Positions 43,451 through 54,398 are shown, counted from the first letter of the whole stretch. The stretch: DNA of 62,822 nucleotides, filler included, from 5 parts of 5 records of this genome joined end to end with filler, not necessarily neighbours in it; one strand, 5' to 3'. A program made the numbers and translations. Notes: generated by a model not told the origin, from the letters alone.

Positions 43451-44269
43451 ATGATTCAAGTAAAGACAGCAGAGGAAATTGAGTTGATGCGCGAAAGCGC
43501 TTTGGTGGTATCCAGAACATTGGGCATGTTGGCCAAGGAAATCAAGCCTGGGGCCAATCCGCTAAAGTTGGATAAAATGGCGGAGGAATTTATCCGTGAA
43601 CAAGGAGCCGTACCCGGCTTTTTGGGTATGTACGATTTTCCTAACACCCTAAACTGGAGCCCAAACGCACAAGTGGTGCACGGCATACCCGGCAACGAAG
43701 CTTTGAAAGACGGTGATATTGTTTCCGTGGATTGCGGGGCCGTTAAAAATGGGTTCCATGGTGACCACGCTTATACTTTTGAAGTTGGAGAGGTAGCCGA
43801 AGAAACCAAAAAATTGCTCAAGGTCACCAAAGAATCACTTTATTTAGGAATTAGAGAGTTCACACTGGGCAACCGTGTGGGCGATGTGGCCTATGCCATC
43901 CAAAAATATACCGAGGACCATGGCTACGGCGTTGTCCGCGAATTGGTAGGGCATGGTTTGGGCCGTGAACTACATGAAGACCCTCAAATGCCCAATTATG
44001 GGAAAAGAGGGCGTGGCAAAAAATTTGTAAATGGAACCGTTGTGGCCATTGAGCCTATGATCAACATGGGCACCAGGCGAATAAAGCAACTCAAGGATGG
44101 TTGGACGATACTTACCGCCGATGGGAAGCCGAGCGCCCATTTTGAGCACGATGTGGCCCTTGTTGATGGTAAACCTGAACTCCTATCCACGTTTCAATAT
44201 ATTTACGAGGCGTTGGGCATTACCAGTGATGAAGAGGATGAGTTCCGAAGCAAAAAGTTGGTGCTTTAG
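43451..44269 (+). CDS. map: Type I methionyl aminopeptidase
   Basis: VVHGIP, VSVDCG..GDHAYT, GHGLG..HEDP, AIEPMI, SAHFEH; TATCTTTG at 43438-43445. Confidence 0.97.
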   Translation: MIQVKTAEEIELMRESALVVSRTLGMLAKEIKPGANPLKLDKMAEEFIREQGAVPGFLGMYDFPNTLNWSPNAQVVHGIPGNEALKDGDIVSVDCGAVKNGFHGDHAYTFEVGEVAEETKKLLKVTKESLYLGIREFTLGNRVGDVAYAIQKYTEDHGYGVVRELVGHGLGRELHEDPQMPNYGKRGRGKKFVNGTVVAIEPMINMGTRRIKQLKDGWTILTADGKPSAHFEHDVALVDGKPELLSTFQYIYEALGITSDEEDEFRSKKLVL

Positions 44270-44724
44270 TGTAAGTATTTTTTATATTGGCACGAATTTC
44301 ACCAATTACTCAAATAAATGTCCCAAATCATTTATAAAAATGAGTCCTACTTCATCATTGGCCTATGCATGGATATCCATAACGAACTTGGTAAAGGATT
44401 CAGTGAAGCAGTCTATGGAGAAGCATTGGAATTGGAACTGAAGTCCAACGGTGTTCCATATCAAAAAGAAGCTAAATTCAATATCACCTATAAAAGCAAC
44501 GTCTTGAAACACCACTATTTCGCTGACTTTTTAGTAGACGACAAAATAATATTGGAGCTCAAAGCAGTAGAAAAAATAAATAGTGGCCATGTAAAACAGA
44601 CCTTGAACTATCTCGCAGCTTCTAAAATGAAGTTGGGGCTAATTGTAAATTTTGGTGAGGATAGCTTATCCTACAAAAGAGTAATACTATAAATCAATTG
44701 GTGAAAATCCGTGTGATTCGTGTC
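44269..44724. mobile_element. Putative minimal insertion cassette carrying GxxExxY, with complementary arms and GTGT direct repeats
   Basis: GTGT at 44269-72 and 44720-73 region (44720-44723); arm 44289-44307 GGCACGAATTTCACCAATT is complementary to 44696-44724 AATTGGTGAAA..ATTCGTGTC. Confidence 0.5.
44318..44692 (+). CDS. GxxExxY protein (PD-(D/E)XK nuclease-like family)
   Basis: HNELGKGFSEAVY (GxxExxY), ADFLVDDKIILELK, QTLNYL, GLIVNFG. Confidence 0.93.
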   Translation: MSQIIYKNESYFIIGLCMDIHNELGKGFSEAVYGEALELELKSNGVPYQKEAKFNITYKSNVLKHHYFADFLVDDKIILELKAVEKINSGHVKQTLNYLAASKMKLGLIVNFGEDSLSYKRVIL

Positions 44725-45484
44725 AAAAATTTTTAAATACTTCCTCAACCTAATTCCTAGGCCTTTACTTATCCGATTAAGCTATTGGGTACGTCCATTG
44801 ATTGCCCTTTCCCTAAAGGGAAATAAATTCACCGACCCAATTGATGGCAAATCTTTCAAGAAATTTTTACCCTATGGGTATGAGAGCCCCAGGGAGAACG
44901 TACTCTCTCCTTCTACCCTATCGTTGGAGCGGCACCGCTTATTGTGGCTATATTTAAAAAATGAAGCAGAATTTTTCAACGCGCCATTAAAATTGCTCCA
45001 CTTTGCGCCTGAACAGGCATTTTACAACCGGTTCAAAAAGTTGGACAATCTAGATTACACCACTACCGACCTCAATTCACCTTTGGCGGATGTAAAGGCG
45101 GATATCTGCAACCTACCCTTTTCCGATAATTCCTTTGATGTCATCTTATGCAACCATGTTTTGGAACATATCCCCGATGACACCAAGGCCATGCAAGAAC
45201 TCTACCGTGTACTAAAACCGGGAGGATGGGGCATCTTTCAAATTCCACAAGACCTGAAAAGGGAAAAGACCTTTGAAGACGACACGATTACCGACAAAAA
45301 GGAGCGTGCCCGTATTTTTGGTCAGTACGACCATGTCCGCATTTATGGCAGGGACTATTTTAATAAGCTCCGCAGCATTGGTTTTACAGTGGAAGAAGTG
45401 GATTACACCAGCAAACTTACAAAGGAGGAAGTTGAAAAATACCGCTTGGCAAAAGGCGAAATTATTCCACTGGTCAGGAAATAA
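44720..45484 (+). CDS. Class I SAM-dependent methyltransferase
   Basis: LHFAPE, ADICNLPFSDNSFDVILCNHVLEH..LKPGGW. Confidence 0.9.
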   Translation: MSKIFKYFLNLIPRPLLIRLSYWVRPLIALSLKGNKFTDPIDGKSFKKFLPYGYESPRENVLSPSTLSLERHRLLWLYLKNEAEFFNAPLKLLHFAPEQAFYNRFKKLDNLDYTTTDLNSPLADVKADICNLPFSDNSFDVILCNHVLEHIPDDTKAMQELYRVLKPGGWGIFQIPQDLKREKTFEDDTITDKKERARIFGQYDHVRIYGRDYFNKLRSIGFTVEEVDYTSKLTKEEVEKYRLAKGEIIPLVRK

Positions 45485-46492
45485 TCATTTTTTGACCAAC
45501 TTCTCGAAACCTGGAGTAAAAAATTCCTTTGTCACCCCGTTTTCATCCAAATAGATGATGTACGCTTCCAGCTCATCATGATTCGCAAGTATTTCTTTGG
45601 ACTCCTCCAGATCCATCGCCATAAAGGTTGTTGCATAAGCATCGGCCACGGCACAGGTTTTTGCCACCACACTTGTGGCCAGCACATTGGAATTTTTGGT
45701 GTATCCTGTTTTTGGGTTAATGGTATGCACGTACTTCTCGCCAGTCTCAGGGTCTACCCGAAACTTTCTGTAGTTGCCCGAGGAAGCCATGGCCATATCC
45801 TCCAGCGATACAATTTGTTTCAATTCACGGCCTGTTTCTACCTGAGGGTCATCAATACCGACCGTCCATTGTTTTCCTGAATCCAGATTAGTGCCCTTCG
45901 CGAGCACTTCGCCTCCTACTTCAACGAGGTAATTCTCGATACCTTTAGTATCCAACATGGCCCCCAGTCTATCTATTGCATAACCTTTAGCCACCGCGTT
46001 AAAATCAAAACGGATTGATGGATGCGCCTTGCTTATGGTATTATCGGAATTGAATTTTACTTTTTCCCAACCTACATACCCTAACAAACTATCTACGCGA
46101 AGGCTGTCAAGCTGTATCTGCTCACCCGGACCAAATCCCCAAGCATTGGCCAAAACACCGATAGTAGGGTCAAAATAACCGTTTGAAGCCTTGTGTACGT
46201 CGCTAGAAACATCAAACACCTCTTTGAACATATCATCCACAACTACGGTGGAGTCACCTTCATTGATCTTGGAAATATCAGAAGAAGGGATGTAGGTGGA
46301 CATGGACTGATTGAGCACCTGAAAAACAGAATCTATCTCCTGTTGATAGTCCAACTCCTTATCGGCAATGTAAATAATGGAATAGGTAGTGCCCAGGGCA
46401 TTGCCCCAAGCCTGGTTCTTTACCTGCCCTTTCTTCTGTGTGCAGCCAAACAACAATACAACCAATCCCAATAAGAGTACAATTCTTCTCAT
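45485..46492 (-). CDS. apbE: FAD:protein FMN transferase (lipoprotein)
   Basis: Lipobox LFGC; DFNAVAKGYAID, VEVGGE, ASSGNYR, HTINPKTG, ADAYAT; downstream of nqr genes. Confidence 0.95.
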   Translation of the reverse strand: MRRIVLLLGLVVLLFGCTQKKGQVKNQAWGNALGTTYSIIYIADKELDYQQEIDSVFQVLNQSMSTYIPSSDISKINEGDSTVVVDDMFKEVFDVSSDVHKASNGYFDPTIGVLANAWGFGPGEQIQLDSLRVDSLLGYVGWEKVKFNSDNTISKAHPSIRFDFNAVAKGYAIDRLGAMLDTKGIENYLVEVGGEVLAKGTNLDSGKQWTVGIDDPQVETGRELKQIVSLEDMAMASSGNYRKFRVDPETGEKYVHTINPKTGYTKNSNVLATSVVAKTCAVADAYATTFMAMDLEESKEILANHDELEAYIIYLDENGVTKEFFTPGFEKLVKK

Positions 46493-46852
46493 CTATATCT
46501 CTATTAATCCTTGATAGTCCACTACATATTCTTCATCCAAAAACAACGGTTCCATCCGGTCCGATGCGTTGGAGAGTCCAACCCCTGCGAAATAAGTCCG
46601 GGCCTCGAATTTCTCGGCATGGTCCTTAACGGTGCGCATTAATTCTTCATCATATTCTCTCGGATTGAGGGGAAATTCCACATTGCGCACTACAATAAAA
46701 TGCAGCACTTTTTCTTTAAGACACACATACTGCGGGTTCTTTTTGAGCTTACTGTTGATGGCCATAAACTCAAAACCATCCGCTTCCAGCTCCCGACCCA
46801 CTATGTTCATGGCCAAGTTGTGCAATTCCTGTTCTGTTAGTTCTCTTCCCAT
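46493..46852 (-). CDS. Conserved ~119-aa hypothetical protein between nqrF and apbE
   Basis: MGRELTEQELHNLAMNIVG..; abuts apbE; the ORF-track start at 46861 lies at the edge of the nqrF terminator hairpin. Confidence 0.8.
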   Translation of the reverse strand: MGRELTEQELHNLAMNIVGRELEADGFEFMAINSKLKKNPQYVCLKEKVLHFIVVRNVEFPLNPREYDEELMRTVKDHAEKFEARTYFAGVGLSNASDRMEPLFLDEEYVVDYQGLIEI

Positions 46853-46860
46853 AGGCAACA

Positions 46861-46887
46861 AAAAAACCGATGCTTGAGCATCGGTTT
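46861..46887 (-). terminator. Intrinsic terminator after nqrF
   Basis: aaaccgatgct-tg-agcatcggttt hairpin with a T-run on the minus strand. Confidence 0.7.
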
Positions 46888-46937
46888 GGTTTTATAAATT
46901 CCTCTCGACAATGCTCGAGGTGATTATATGTTCTGGA

Positions 46938-48245
46938 TTATCCTCCAAAGTCATCGAACCTTATGTTCTCATCTGGAATACCAAAGTCCTCGCCCATTTT
47001 CTGAACAGCTTTGTTCATCAATGGCGGACCACAGAAGTATAGTTCTATATCTTCAGGAGTTTCGTGATGGTTCAAGTAGTTATCGATAACACAGTTGTGA
47101 ATAAACCCAACAAAACCATCTCCTTCAGCATCAATATTCTCTTTAACCTTCCAGTTATCTTCTTCCATTGGTTCTGAAAGTGCCATATAGAATTTGAAGT
47201 TAGGGAAATCCTTTTCCAATTGCTTGAAATGATCAATATAGAACAATTCTCTTTTGGAACGACCTCCATACCAATACGTAACTTTTCTATTGGTCTTTAA
47301 TGTTTTGAACAAGTGGTACAAGTGAGAACGCATTGGCGCCATACCGGCACCACCTCCTACGTAAAGCATTTCTGCTTCGGACTCGTTAATAAAGAATTCA
47401 CCGAACGGCCCGGAAATGGTTACGGGATCACCTTCCTTCAAACTAAAGATATATGAAGAGGCAATACCTGGATTCACATCCATCCATCCATTTTTGTTAC
47501 GATCCCAAGGCGGGGTAGCAATACGAACGTTCAGCATAATCTCTCTTCCTTCTGCTGGGTAAGAGGCCATGGAATAGGCTCTTTCGACAGTTTCAGGATT
47601 CTTCATTACCAATGGCCATAGGTTGAACTTATCCCACTCCGCTTGAAACTTGTCCGGTGTCTCATGCTCTTCTGGGTGAGCGGTAATGTCTATATCCGAA
47701 TATTTTACTTCGCAAGGCGGAATCTCAATCTGGATATAGCCACCCGCCTTATAGTTCATGTCTTCTGGAATCTCTACCACAAACTCCTTGATAAAAGAGG
47801 CCACGTTATAGTTACGAACCACTTTGGCATCCCACTTTTTGATACCAAACACCTCTTCTGGAATAGTGATGTTCATGTCCTGCTTTACCTTAACCTGACA
47901 GGCCAAACGGGCACCCTCGCTCAATTCCTTTTTAGAAAAGTGCGGTGTTTCTGTTGGCAAGGCCTCTCCTCCACCGGAAAGTACATGGCATTCACATTGG
48001 ATACAGGTTCCACCTCCTCCACATGCGGATGGCAAGAATATTTTTTGGTTACCCAAGGTTGACAACAAAGACCCTCCTGAACCAACTTCCAATTCTTTTT
48101 CACCATTAATGGTGATCGTAACTGGTCCTGATGGAGATAGCTTTTCTTTGGTAAACAGCAAAAGTGCTACCAAAATCAACAACAAAACAAGAAACGCTAC
48201 TACGGTAATTAGAATAGTACCTCCGGTACTTGCGGCTAATATCAT
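46938..48245 (-). CDS. nqrF: Na+-translocating NADH:quinone reductase subunit F
   Basis: SACGGGGTC 2Fe-2S motif, [33 protein letters not shown]. Confidence 0.98.
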   Translation of the reverse strand: MILAASTGGTILITVVAFLVLLLILVALLLFTKEKLSPSGPVTITINGEKELEVGSGGSLLSTLGNQKIFLPSACGGGGTCIQCECHVLSGGGEALPTETPHFSKKELSEGARLACQVKVKQDMNITIPEEVFGIKKWDAKVVRNYNVASFIKEFVVEIPEDMNYKAGGYIQIEIPPCEVKYSDIDITAHPEEHETPDKFQAEWDKFNLWPLVMKNPETVERAYSMASYPAEGREIMLNVRIATPPWDRNKNGWMDVNPGIASSYIFSLKEGDPVTISGPFGEFFINESEAEMLYVGGGAGMAPMRSHLYHLFKTLKTNRKVTYWYGGRSKRELFYIDHFKQLEKDFPNFKFYMALSEPMEEDNWKVKENIDAEGDGFVGFIHNCVIDNYLNHHETPEDIELYFCGPPLMNKAVQKMGEDFGIPDENIRFDDFGG

Positions 48246-48248
48246 CTT

Positions 48249-48989
48249 CTATTTGTTTATGGCTTCGTTATAAGAGATTGCTTTTTCTTTATCTTCAATC
48301 TCTTTTTTGATTTCTTTATCTTCCTTGGTTTCCACGGTAGTGGTCTGGTTTTCCTCTGGTGGCTCGTTATCACCCGTAAGCATACCCCCAAAACTTTGGA
48401 AACCAATACCCATTAAACCTGTGATTATAAAAGTGATTCCCAAACCGCGCAATGGGGCCGGTACATTGGAATACCTGATTTTTTCCCTAATCGCCGCAAT
48501 GGCCAAAATAGCCAAGAACCATCCAATACCGGAACTGATTCCATAATTCAACGCCAAACCTATATTTGGTATTTCCCTCGCCTGCATAAAAAGCGAACCT
48601 CCCAAAATGGCACAGTTAACAGCTATCAAGGGCAAGAAAATACCCAAAGAGTTATATAGAGAAGGTGAAAATTTCTCCACCACTATCTCAACTAATTGAA
48701 CCATTGTTGCAATGGTCGCAATAAATAGGATAAAGGATAAAAAACCTAGGTCATAATCCGCATATTCCGGCCCTAACCAAACCAATGCCCCCTCCTGAAG
48801 AAGGTATTGATCCAAAAGCCAGTTCAACGGAACCGTTACACCCAAAACAAATATTACTGCAGCTCCCAAACCAACAGCTGTGGAAACTTTCTTGGATACA
48901 GCCAAATAGGAACACATTCCCAAAAAGACCGCAAACACCATATTGTCTACGAAGATTGATCTAAAAAATAATTCTAAATGCTCTAACAT
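48249..48989 (-). CDS. nqrE: Na+-NQR subunit E
   Basis: FLGMCSYLAVSKKV, LGIFLPLIAVNCAILG, LRGLGITFI. Confidence 0.97.
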   Translation of the reverse strand: MLEHLELFFRSIFVDNMVFAVFLGMCSYLAVSKKVSTAVGLGAAVIFVLGVTVPLNWLLDQYLLQEGALVWLGPEYADYDLGFLSFILFIATIATMVQLVEIVVEKFSPSLYNSLGIFLPLIAVNCAILGGSLFMQAREIPNIGLALNYGISSGIGWFLAILAIAAIREKIRYSNVPAPLRGLGITFIITGLMGIGFQSFGGMLTGDNEPPEENQTTTVETKEDKEIKKEIEDKEKAISYNEAINK

Positions 48990-49000
48990 GCTTCCTCAGT

Positions 49001-49285
49001 TTATGCTTCTTCAATTAATGCTCTGTTTCGAGAACGTTGTACCCAGATAATGATTCCAACCACAATCAATGCTGCTGGAGGAATGATCATAAAACCGTTG
49101 TTCTCATAGCCGATGGAATACAGTCCTGTTTTGGCGATCGGATCGCCCAACACCTTCATTCCGAAAAGTGTTCCGGAACCCAATAGTTCCCTAAAGAAAC
49201 CAACTATTACCAAAATTACACCATAACCCAAGGCATTACCAATACCATCCAAGAAAGATTTCCAAGGACCGTTACCCAAAGCAAA
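49001..49285 (-). CDS. nqrD: Na+-NQR subunit D, C-terminal fragment
   Basis: SFLDGIGNALGYG..FFRELLGSG..NGFMIIPPAA; directly upstream of nqrE. Confidence 0.93.
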   Translation of the reverse strand, partial: FALGNGPWKSFLDGIGNALGYGVILVIVGFFRELLGSGTLFGMKVLGDPIAKTGLYSIGYENNGFMIIPPAALIVVGIIIWVQRSRNRALIEEA

Positions 49286-49385
49286 NNNNNNNNNNNNNNN
49301 NNNNNNNNNNNNNNNNNNNNNNNNNNNNNTTAATTAATTAANNNNNNNNNNNNNNNNNNNNNNNNNNNNNNNNNNNNNNNNNNNN
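49286..49385. other. Artificial contig linker
   Basis: N-run + TTAATTAATTAA + N-run. Confidence 0.99.
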
Positions 49386-49868
49386 GCCGACGCCATGCAG
49401 ACCGCCGGAGGTCTCGTAGACCTTGGAATCGAATTTTCCGCCAGCGTGCAGCGTGGTCATGATGACTTCGAGCGCCGATTTGTCCCTGAACTTCGGGTGC
49501 GGGTCGACCGGGATGCCGCGGCCGTTGTCAGTGACGGAGAGAAAGCCTTCCGCGTCAAGCTCCACTTCGATGAAGGTGGCATGACCGGCCACCGCCTCGT
49601 CCATCGAGTTGTCGATGACTTCGGCGAAGAGGTGATGCAACGCCTTGTCGTCGGTGCCGCCGATATACATGCCGGGACGTCGGCGAACAGGCTCAAGTCC
49701 TTCCAGAACCTCGATGTCTGCGGCGCTATAACCCTCGCTGGAGCTCACGGATGAGGCAGAAGGCGCGGGCCGCGATGCGGCCTTGCGCGCCGGTGCTGCC
49801 GGCTCCGGTGCTTTCGCACGTTCCACATTTGCGGGCATTCCGGCGAAGAGGTCGTTGTTGTCGTCCAT
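49386..49868 (-). CDS. parE: DNA topoisomerase IV subunit B, N-terminal fragment
   Basis: [70 protein letters not shown] (alphaproteobacterial ParE pattern). Confidence 0.88.
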
Positions 49869-50060
49869 GAAGCGTGTGGTGTCCTGTCCGCGAATCACAT
49901 CGCAGTTTGCCATGGTTTCCAAGGCAAAGCGAAGCCTGTTCCGGTTCCGTTCGGAGTGTGTAGACGACGCTTTAACAGAAAGCGCGGGGCCCAGCCAAGA
50001 GCCGCAGGCAAAATGAGCGATCATCTCCCCAGCGCGGGGAGATGATCTGTGGGGCAAGCG

Positions 50061-52862
50061 TCAGCTTGCCAGCGCTTCGATGGGCGGGCAGGCGCAGACC
50101 AGATTGCGGTCGCCACCGACATTGTCCACCCGTGATACTGGCGGCCAGTATTTGGAAGCGGAAGCGAGCGAACCTTCGGGGAAGGCGGCTTCACTGCGGC
50201 TGTAGGGGTGTGTCCACTCGTCGCCCATCAGCTCCATCGCCGTGTGGGGTGCGTTGACGAGAGGGTTGTCCTCCTTCGGCCATACGCCCTTTTCAACCTT
50301 CGCTGCTTCCTCGGCAATGGAGATCATCGCCTGACAGAAGCGATCAACCTCGCTCTTCGGCTCCGATTCCGTCGGCTCCACCATCAGTGTTCCCGCAACG
50401 GGAAAGCTCATGGTGGGGGCGTGGAAGCCATAGTCGATGAGCCGCTTGGCGATGTCGTCGACGGTGATGCCGGCACGATCCTTGAAAACGCGCGTGTCGA
50501 GAATGCACTCATGCGCGACCCGGTCGTTGCGGCCCTTATAGAGCACGGGGTAGTGCTCCTTCAGCCTGTGAGCGATGTAGTTGGCGTTGAGGATTGCCAT
50601 TTCCGTCGCCCGTTTGAGTCCGTCTCCACCCATCATGCGGATATACATCCACGTGATCGGCAGGATCGACGCGCTGCCATAGGGTGCGGCCGCCACCGCC
50701 TGGCCGCTGCCCAGAGCCACATGGCCCGGCACGAACGGCTTCAGATGTGCCTTGACGCCGATGGGTCCGACACCCGGCCCTCCGCCGCCGTGGGGAATAC
50801 AGAAGGTTTTGTGCAGGTTCAGATGGCAGACATCCGCGCCCAGATCGCCCGGACGGGCAAGGCCGACCATGGCGTTGAGGTTGGCGCCGTCGAAATAGAC
50901 CTGGCCGCCATGCTCGTGGATGACCGCGCACATGTCGCGCACGCCCTCCTCGAACACGCCGTGGGTTGACGGGTAGGTGAGCATGAGAGCGGCAAGCCTG
51001 TCTGAATGTTCCGCCGCCTTCGCCTTCAGGTCGTCCTGGTCGATATTGCCATCGTCGGTGCAGCGCACGACCACCACCCGCATACCCGCCATGGAGGCAG
51101 ACGCAGGATTGGTGCCATGGGCGGAGGAGGGGATGAGGCAGATATCGCGATCGGCCTCGCCGCGCTCGGCATGATAGCGGCGGATCGCCAGAAGCCCGGC
51201 ATATTCGCCCTGGCTGCCGGCATTGGGCTGAAGCGAGACCGCATCGAAGCCCGTGATTTCCGACAGCCAGCGGTCGAGATCATCGATCATCCGGCGATAG
51301 CCTGCCGTGTGCTCGGTCGGAGCAAACGGATGCAGGCCTGCCACTTCCGGCCAGCTCACGGGCATCATCTCGGCTGCAGCGTTGAGCTTCATGGTGCAGG
51401 AGCCGAGCGGGATCATGGCGCGGTCCAGTGCCAGATCCTTGTCGGCGAGCCGGCGCAGGAAGCGCATCATTTCCGTTTCCGAGCGGTGGGCATGGAAGTC
51501 GGGCTGGGTGAGGAAGCCTTCGCCGCGCGCTCTTGACGGCGCGAGCCGCGGTGCATCATCCGGCAGTTTCGCGCCGAACAGGGCGGCAAGGGCTGCAAGA
51601 TCATCTTCGTCGGTGGTCTCGTCGATATTGATCCCGATCCGATCCGCGTCGATTACGCGAAGGAGACGGCCGCCAGCCTCGGCTTTCTGGGCGATTTCCT
51701 CGGCCTTGCCCGGAACGATGGCGGTCACCGTATCGAAGATCGTGTCGCCCGCAAGCCCGATGCCTGCGGCTTTCAGCGCTGCATGAAGGCGTGACGCACG
51801 CGCGTGGATGCCTTCGGCAATGGCAACGAGCCCTTCCGGTCCGTGCCATATGGCAAAGGCTGCTGCCATATTGGCAAGCAGGGCTTGCGCAGTGCAGATG
51901 TTGGAGGTCGCCTTGTCTCGACGAATATGCTGCTCGCGGGTCTGCAGTGCGAGGCGGTAGCCTGGACGGCCATGTGCATCGACGGATTGGCCGACAAGGC
52001 GACCCGGCATCAGGCGCGTGAGCTTGTCGGAAACGGCGCAGTAAGCTGCGTGCGGTCCGCCGAAACCCATGGGGACGCCGAAACGCTGCATCGAGCCCAC
52101 TGCGATGTCTGCATCGAGCGATGCCGGCGTTTCGCTGAGAAGGAGGCCAAGAGGATCAGCCACCATGATGACAATGGCGCCCTTGTCTTTGGCTTCGGCG
52201 ATGAGTGCGCCGTGGTCGCCATAGACGCCATATGTATCCGCCCAAGGCACGATAAGGGCGAATGTGTCTTCGTCGATCGTGTTGCCGTCGACCTCGATGC
52301 CCAATGGTTCGGCGCGGGTGACGACCACATCATGCGTTTGCGGATGGAGTTCACCGGCGAGTGCCAGCCTGTTGCGTCTGGAGCGATGGTGCCGCCAGGC
52401 AATGCCCACGGCCTCAGCCACTGCCGATCCCTCATCCAGAAGTGACGCCGAGGCGACAGGCAGGCCAGTCAGTTCCGTCACCAGTGTCTGGAAGTGGAAC
52501 AAAAGCTCCAGGCGGCCCTGGCTGATTTCCGACTGATAGGGCGTGTACGCCGTATACCAGGCCGGATTTTCGAACAGATTGCGCTGTATGACCGGCGGCA
52601 CCTTCACGCCGTGATAGCCGGTCCCGATAAAGCTCTTCAGCACCTTGTTCTGGCGCATGGCGGCGCCGAGCTCGTTGAGGGCTTCGGTTTCGCTGGCTGC
52701 CTGCGGCAGGTCGAGCGGGCGGTCGAAGCGGATGGAATTTGGCACCGCCTGCGTGATCAGCGTTTCCAGTGAGGGAACACCAAGCGTGGCCAGCATGGCC
52801 TTGGTTTCCTCACCGCGCGGGCCGATATGGCGGGCGGCAAAAGGGAGCGATTTGGCGGGCAT
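50061..52862 (-). CDS. gcvP: Glycine dehydrogenase (decarboxylating), P protein
   Basis: [60 protein letters not shown]. Confidence 0.98.
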   Translation of the reverse strand: MPAKSLPFAARHIGPRGEETKAMLATLGVPSLETLITQAVPNSIRFDRPLDLPQAASETEALNELGAAMRQNKVLKSFIGTGYHGVKVPPVIQRNLFENPAWYTAYTPYQSEISQGRLELLFHFQTLVTELTGLPVASASLLDEGSAVAEAVGIAWRHHRSRRNRLALAGELHPQTHDVVVTRAEPLGIEVDGNTIDEDTFALIVPWADTYGVYGDHGALIAEAKDKGAIVIMVADPLGLLLSETPASLDADIAVGSMQRFGVPMGFGGPHAAYCAVSDKLTRLMPGRLVGQSVDAHGRPGYRLALQTREQHIRRDKATSNICTAQALLANMAAAFAIWHGPEGLVAIAEGIHARASRLHAALKAAGIGLAGDTIFDTVTAIVPGKAEEIAQKAEAGGRLLRVIDADRIGINIDETTDEDDLAALAALFGAKLPDDAPRLAPSRARGEGFLTQPDFHAHRSETEMMRFLRRLADKDLALDRAMIPLGSCTMKLNAAAEMMPVSWPEVAGLHPFAPTEHTAGYRRMIDDLDRWLSEITGFDAVSLQPNAGSQGEYAGLLAIRRYHAERGEADRDICLIPSSAHGTNPASASMAGMRVVVVRCTDDGNIDQDDLKAKAAEHSDRLAALMLTYPSTHGVFEEGVRDMCAVIHEHGGQVYFDGANLNAMVGLARPGDLGADVCHLNLHKTFCIPHGGGGPGVGPIGVKAHLKPFVPGHVALGSGQAVAAAPYGSASILPITWMYIRMMGGDGLKRATEMAILNANYIAHRLKEHYPVLYKGRNDRVAHECILDTRVFKDRAGITVDDIAKRLIDYGFHAPTMSFPVAGTLMVEPTESEPKSEVDRFCQAMISIAEEAAKVEKGVWPKEDNPLVNAPHTAMELMGDEWTHPYSRSEAAFPEGSLASASKYWPPVSRVDNVGGDRNLVCACPPIEALAS

Positions 52863-52871
52863 GGTGTTTCC

Positions 52872-53240
52872 TCAGGCAATCGACGCCTTGTAGGCGGCTT
52901 CGTCCATCAGGCCTTCAAGCTGGCTTTCGTCGGAGAGCTTCATCTTCCAAAGCCAGCCATCGCCGGTTGGGGCGGAGTTGATAAGCGCGGGGTCGCTTGC
53001 AAGAGCATCGTTCACCTCGGAAATCTCGCCGTCGGCGGGCGCGTACACGTCGGATGCAGCTTTCACGGATTCCACCACAACGGCTGTGTCGCCCTTTGAA
53101 AGCGTCGCGCCGATTTCGGGCAGTTCCACGAAAACCAGATCGCCGAGTTGTTCCTGCGCATAGTCGGTGATGCCGACGGTTGCGACGCCGTTCTCGACTT
53201 TGATCCACTCGTGGTCTTCGGTGAAGTAGGTCTGGCTCAT
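52872..53240 (-). CDS. gcvH: Glycine cleavage system H protein
   Basis: [33 protein letters not shown] (lipoyl Lys); start corrected from 53402. Confidence 0.97.
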   Translation of the reverse strand: MSQTYFTEDHEWIKVENGVATVGITDYAQEQLGDLVFVELPEIGATLSKGDTAVVVESVKAASDVYAPADGEISEVNDALASDPALINSAPTGDGWLWKMKLSDESQLEGLMDEAAYKASIA

Positions 53241-53247
53241 CTGGCTG

Positions 53248-54354
53248 TTATCCTTTTTTGTAGCGCTGCGGCGTGAAGGGAAGGGGATGGACATCGAGTG
53301 CGATGCGGTTGCCGCGCACTTCGGTAAAAAGACGGGTGCCGGGTTCAGAGAGCGATCTGGCCACATAGCCCATGGCCACCGGATGCCCAGCCGATGGGCC
53401 AAACCCGCCGGATGTGACGCGACCGACCGTCTCGCCCGCGTCGCTGATCAACAGTGCACCGGCACGGACCGGCTGACGCCCTTCCGGCTTCAGACCGACG
53501 CGCTTTTCCCCTGCGCCGTCCGCGATGATTTTCTGCAATGCCTGCGCGCCGATGAATTTGCCTTCTTCTCGCAGTGCCTTCGGGACGGCCCAGAGGATGG
53601 CTGCACTTGCCGGATCGGTGTTTTCGTCAAGATCCTGACCATGCAGGCACAGGCCCGCTTCCAGGCGCAGGCTGTCGCGGGCGGCAAGACCGACCCAATG
53701 GACGCGTTCATCGTCGAGCAGCGTGCGGGCGAAGCGCTCGGCTTCATCGAGGGGCAGGGCGACCTCGAAACCGTCTTCACCGGTATAGCCCGAGCGGGCT
53801 GCGAACCAGCCCTCGCGGGGTTCTGTGCCGGTCATGAAGGTGAGGTCGCTCAGATCGAGCCCGGCTGCAATCATGACGGCCTCGGCTTCGGGCCCCTGTA
53901 GCGCCAGGAGCACACGTTCAAGCGGGGTGAACGAAACCTCGAACTCGGTAGCAATGGCGCGGAAATGCGCTTCGTCCTTGTCCGCATTGCCGGCATTGGC
54001 AACCACCATAAAGCGGTTTTCGCCAAGGCGGGTGACAATCAGATCGTCAATGATGCCGGCGTTCTCGTTGAGAAGAACGGTGTATTTCGACTGGCCTTCC
54101 TTCAGGGCGGCTGCGTCGAGGGGGCAGGCGCGCGACAGGAATTCGCCAGCATCTGAGCCTTCAACCTCGAAAAGCTGCATGTGGGAAATGTCGAAGAGCC
54201 CCGCGCTTTCGCGCGTGTGAAGATGCTCTTTCATCACGCCGGCAGGATAGGTCAGCGGCATGCGCCAGCCGGCAAACGTGCCGAACCGGGCGTTTGCCTC
54301 TTCATGCAACGCTTCCAGCGGCAGATGTTTCTGAGGTTTCGTGTCGCTCATCAT
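53248..54354 (-). CDS. gcvT: Glycine cleavage system aminomethyltransferase T
   Basis: [45 protein letters not shown]. Confidence 0.97.
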   Translation of the reverse strand: MMSDTKPQKHLPLEALHEEANARFGTFAGWRMPLTYPAGVMKEHLHTRESAGLFDISHMQLFEVEGSDAGEFLSRACPLDAAALKEGQSKYTVLLNENAGIIDDLIVTRLGENRFMVVANAGNADKDEAHFRAIATEFEVSFTPLERVLLALQGPEAEAVMIAAGLDLSDLTFMTGTEPREGWFAARSGYTGEDGFEVALPLDEAERFARTLLDDERVHWVGLAARDSLRLEAGLCLHGQDLDENTDPASAAILWAVPKALREEGKFIGAQALQKIIADGAGEKRVGLKPEGRQPVRAGALLISDAGETVGRVTSGGFGPSAGHPVAMGYVARSLSEPGTRLFTEVRGNRIALDVHPLPFTPQRYKKG

Positions 54355-54398
54355 TCCTCCAGAATCGCACGCATGCCGCGATCAGCGACATGTTCGTG

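Noticed and set aside
46902-46923. CTCTCGACAATGCTCGAGGTGA, a REP-like short palindrome
   Set aside because: Single copy in this window with a weak stem; a repeat family cannot be supported from this sequence alone.
50208-54220. Long plus-strand ORFs antisense to gcvP and gcvT
   Set aside because: Shadow ORFs from high-GC codon bias of the real minus-strand genes.
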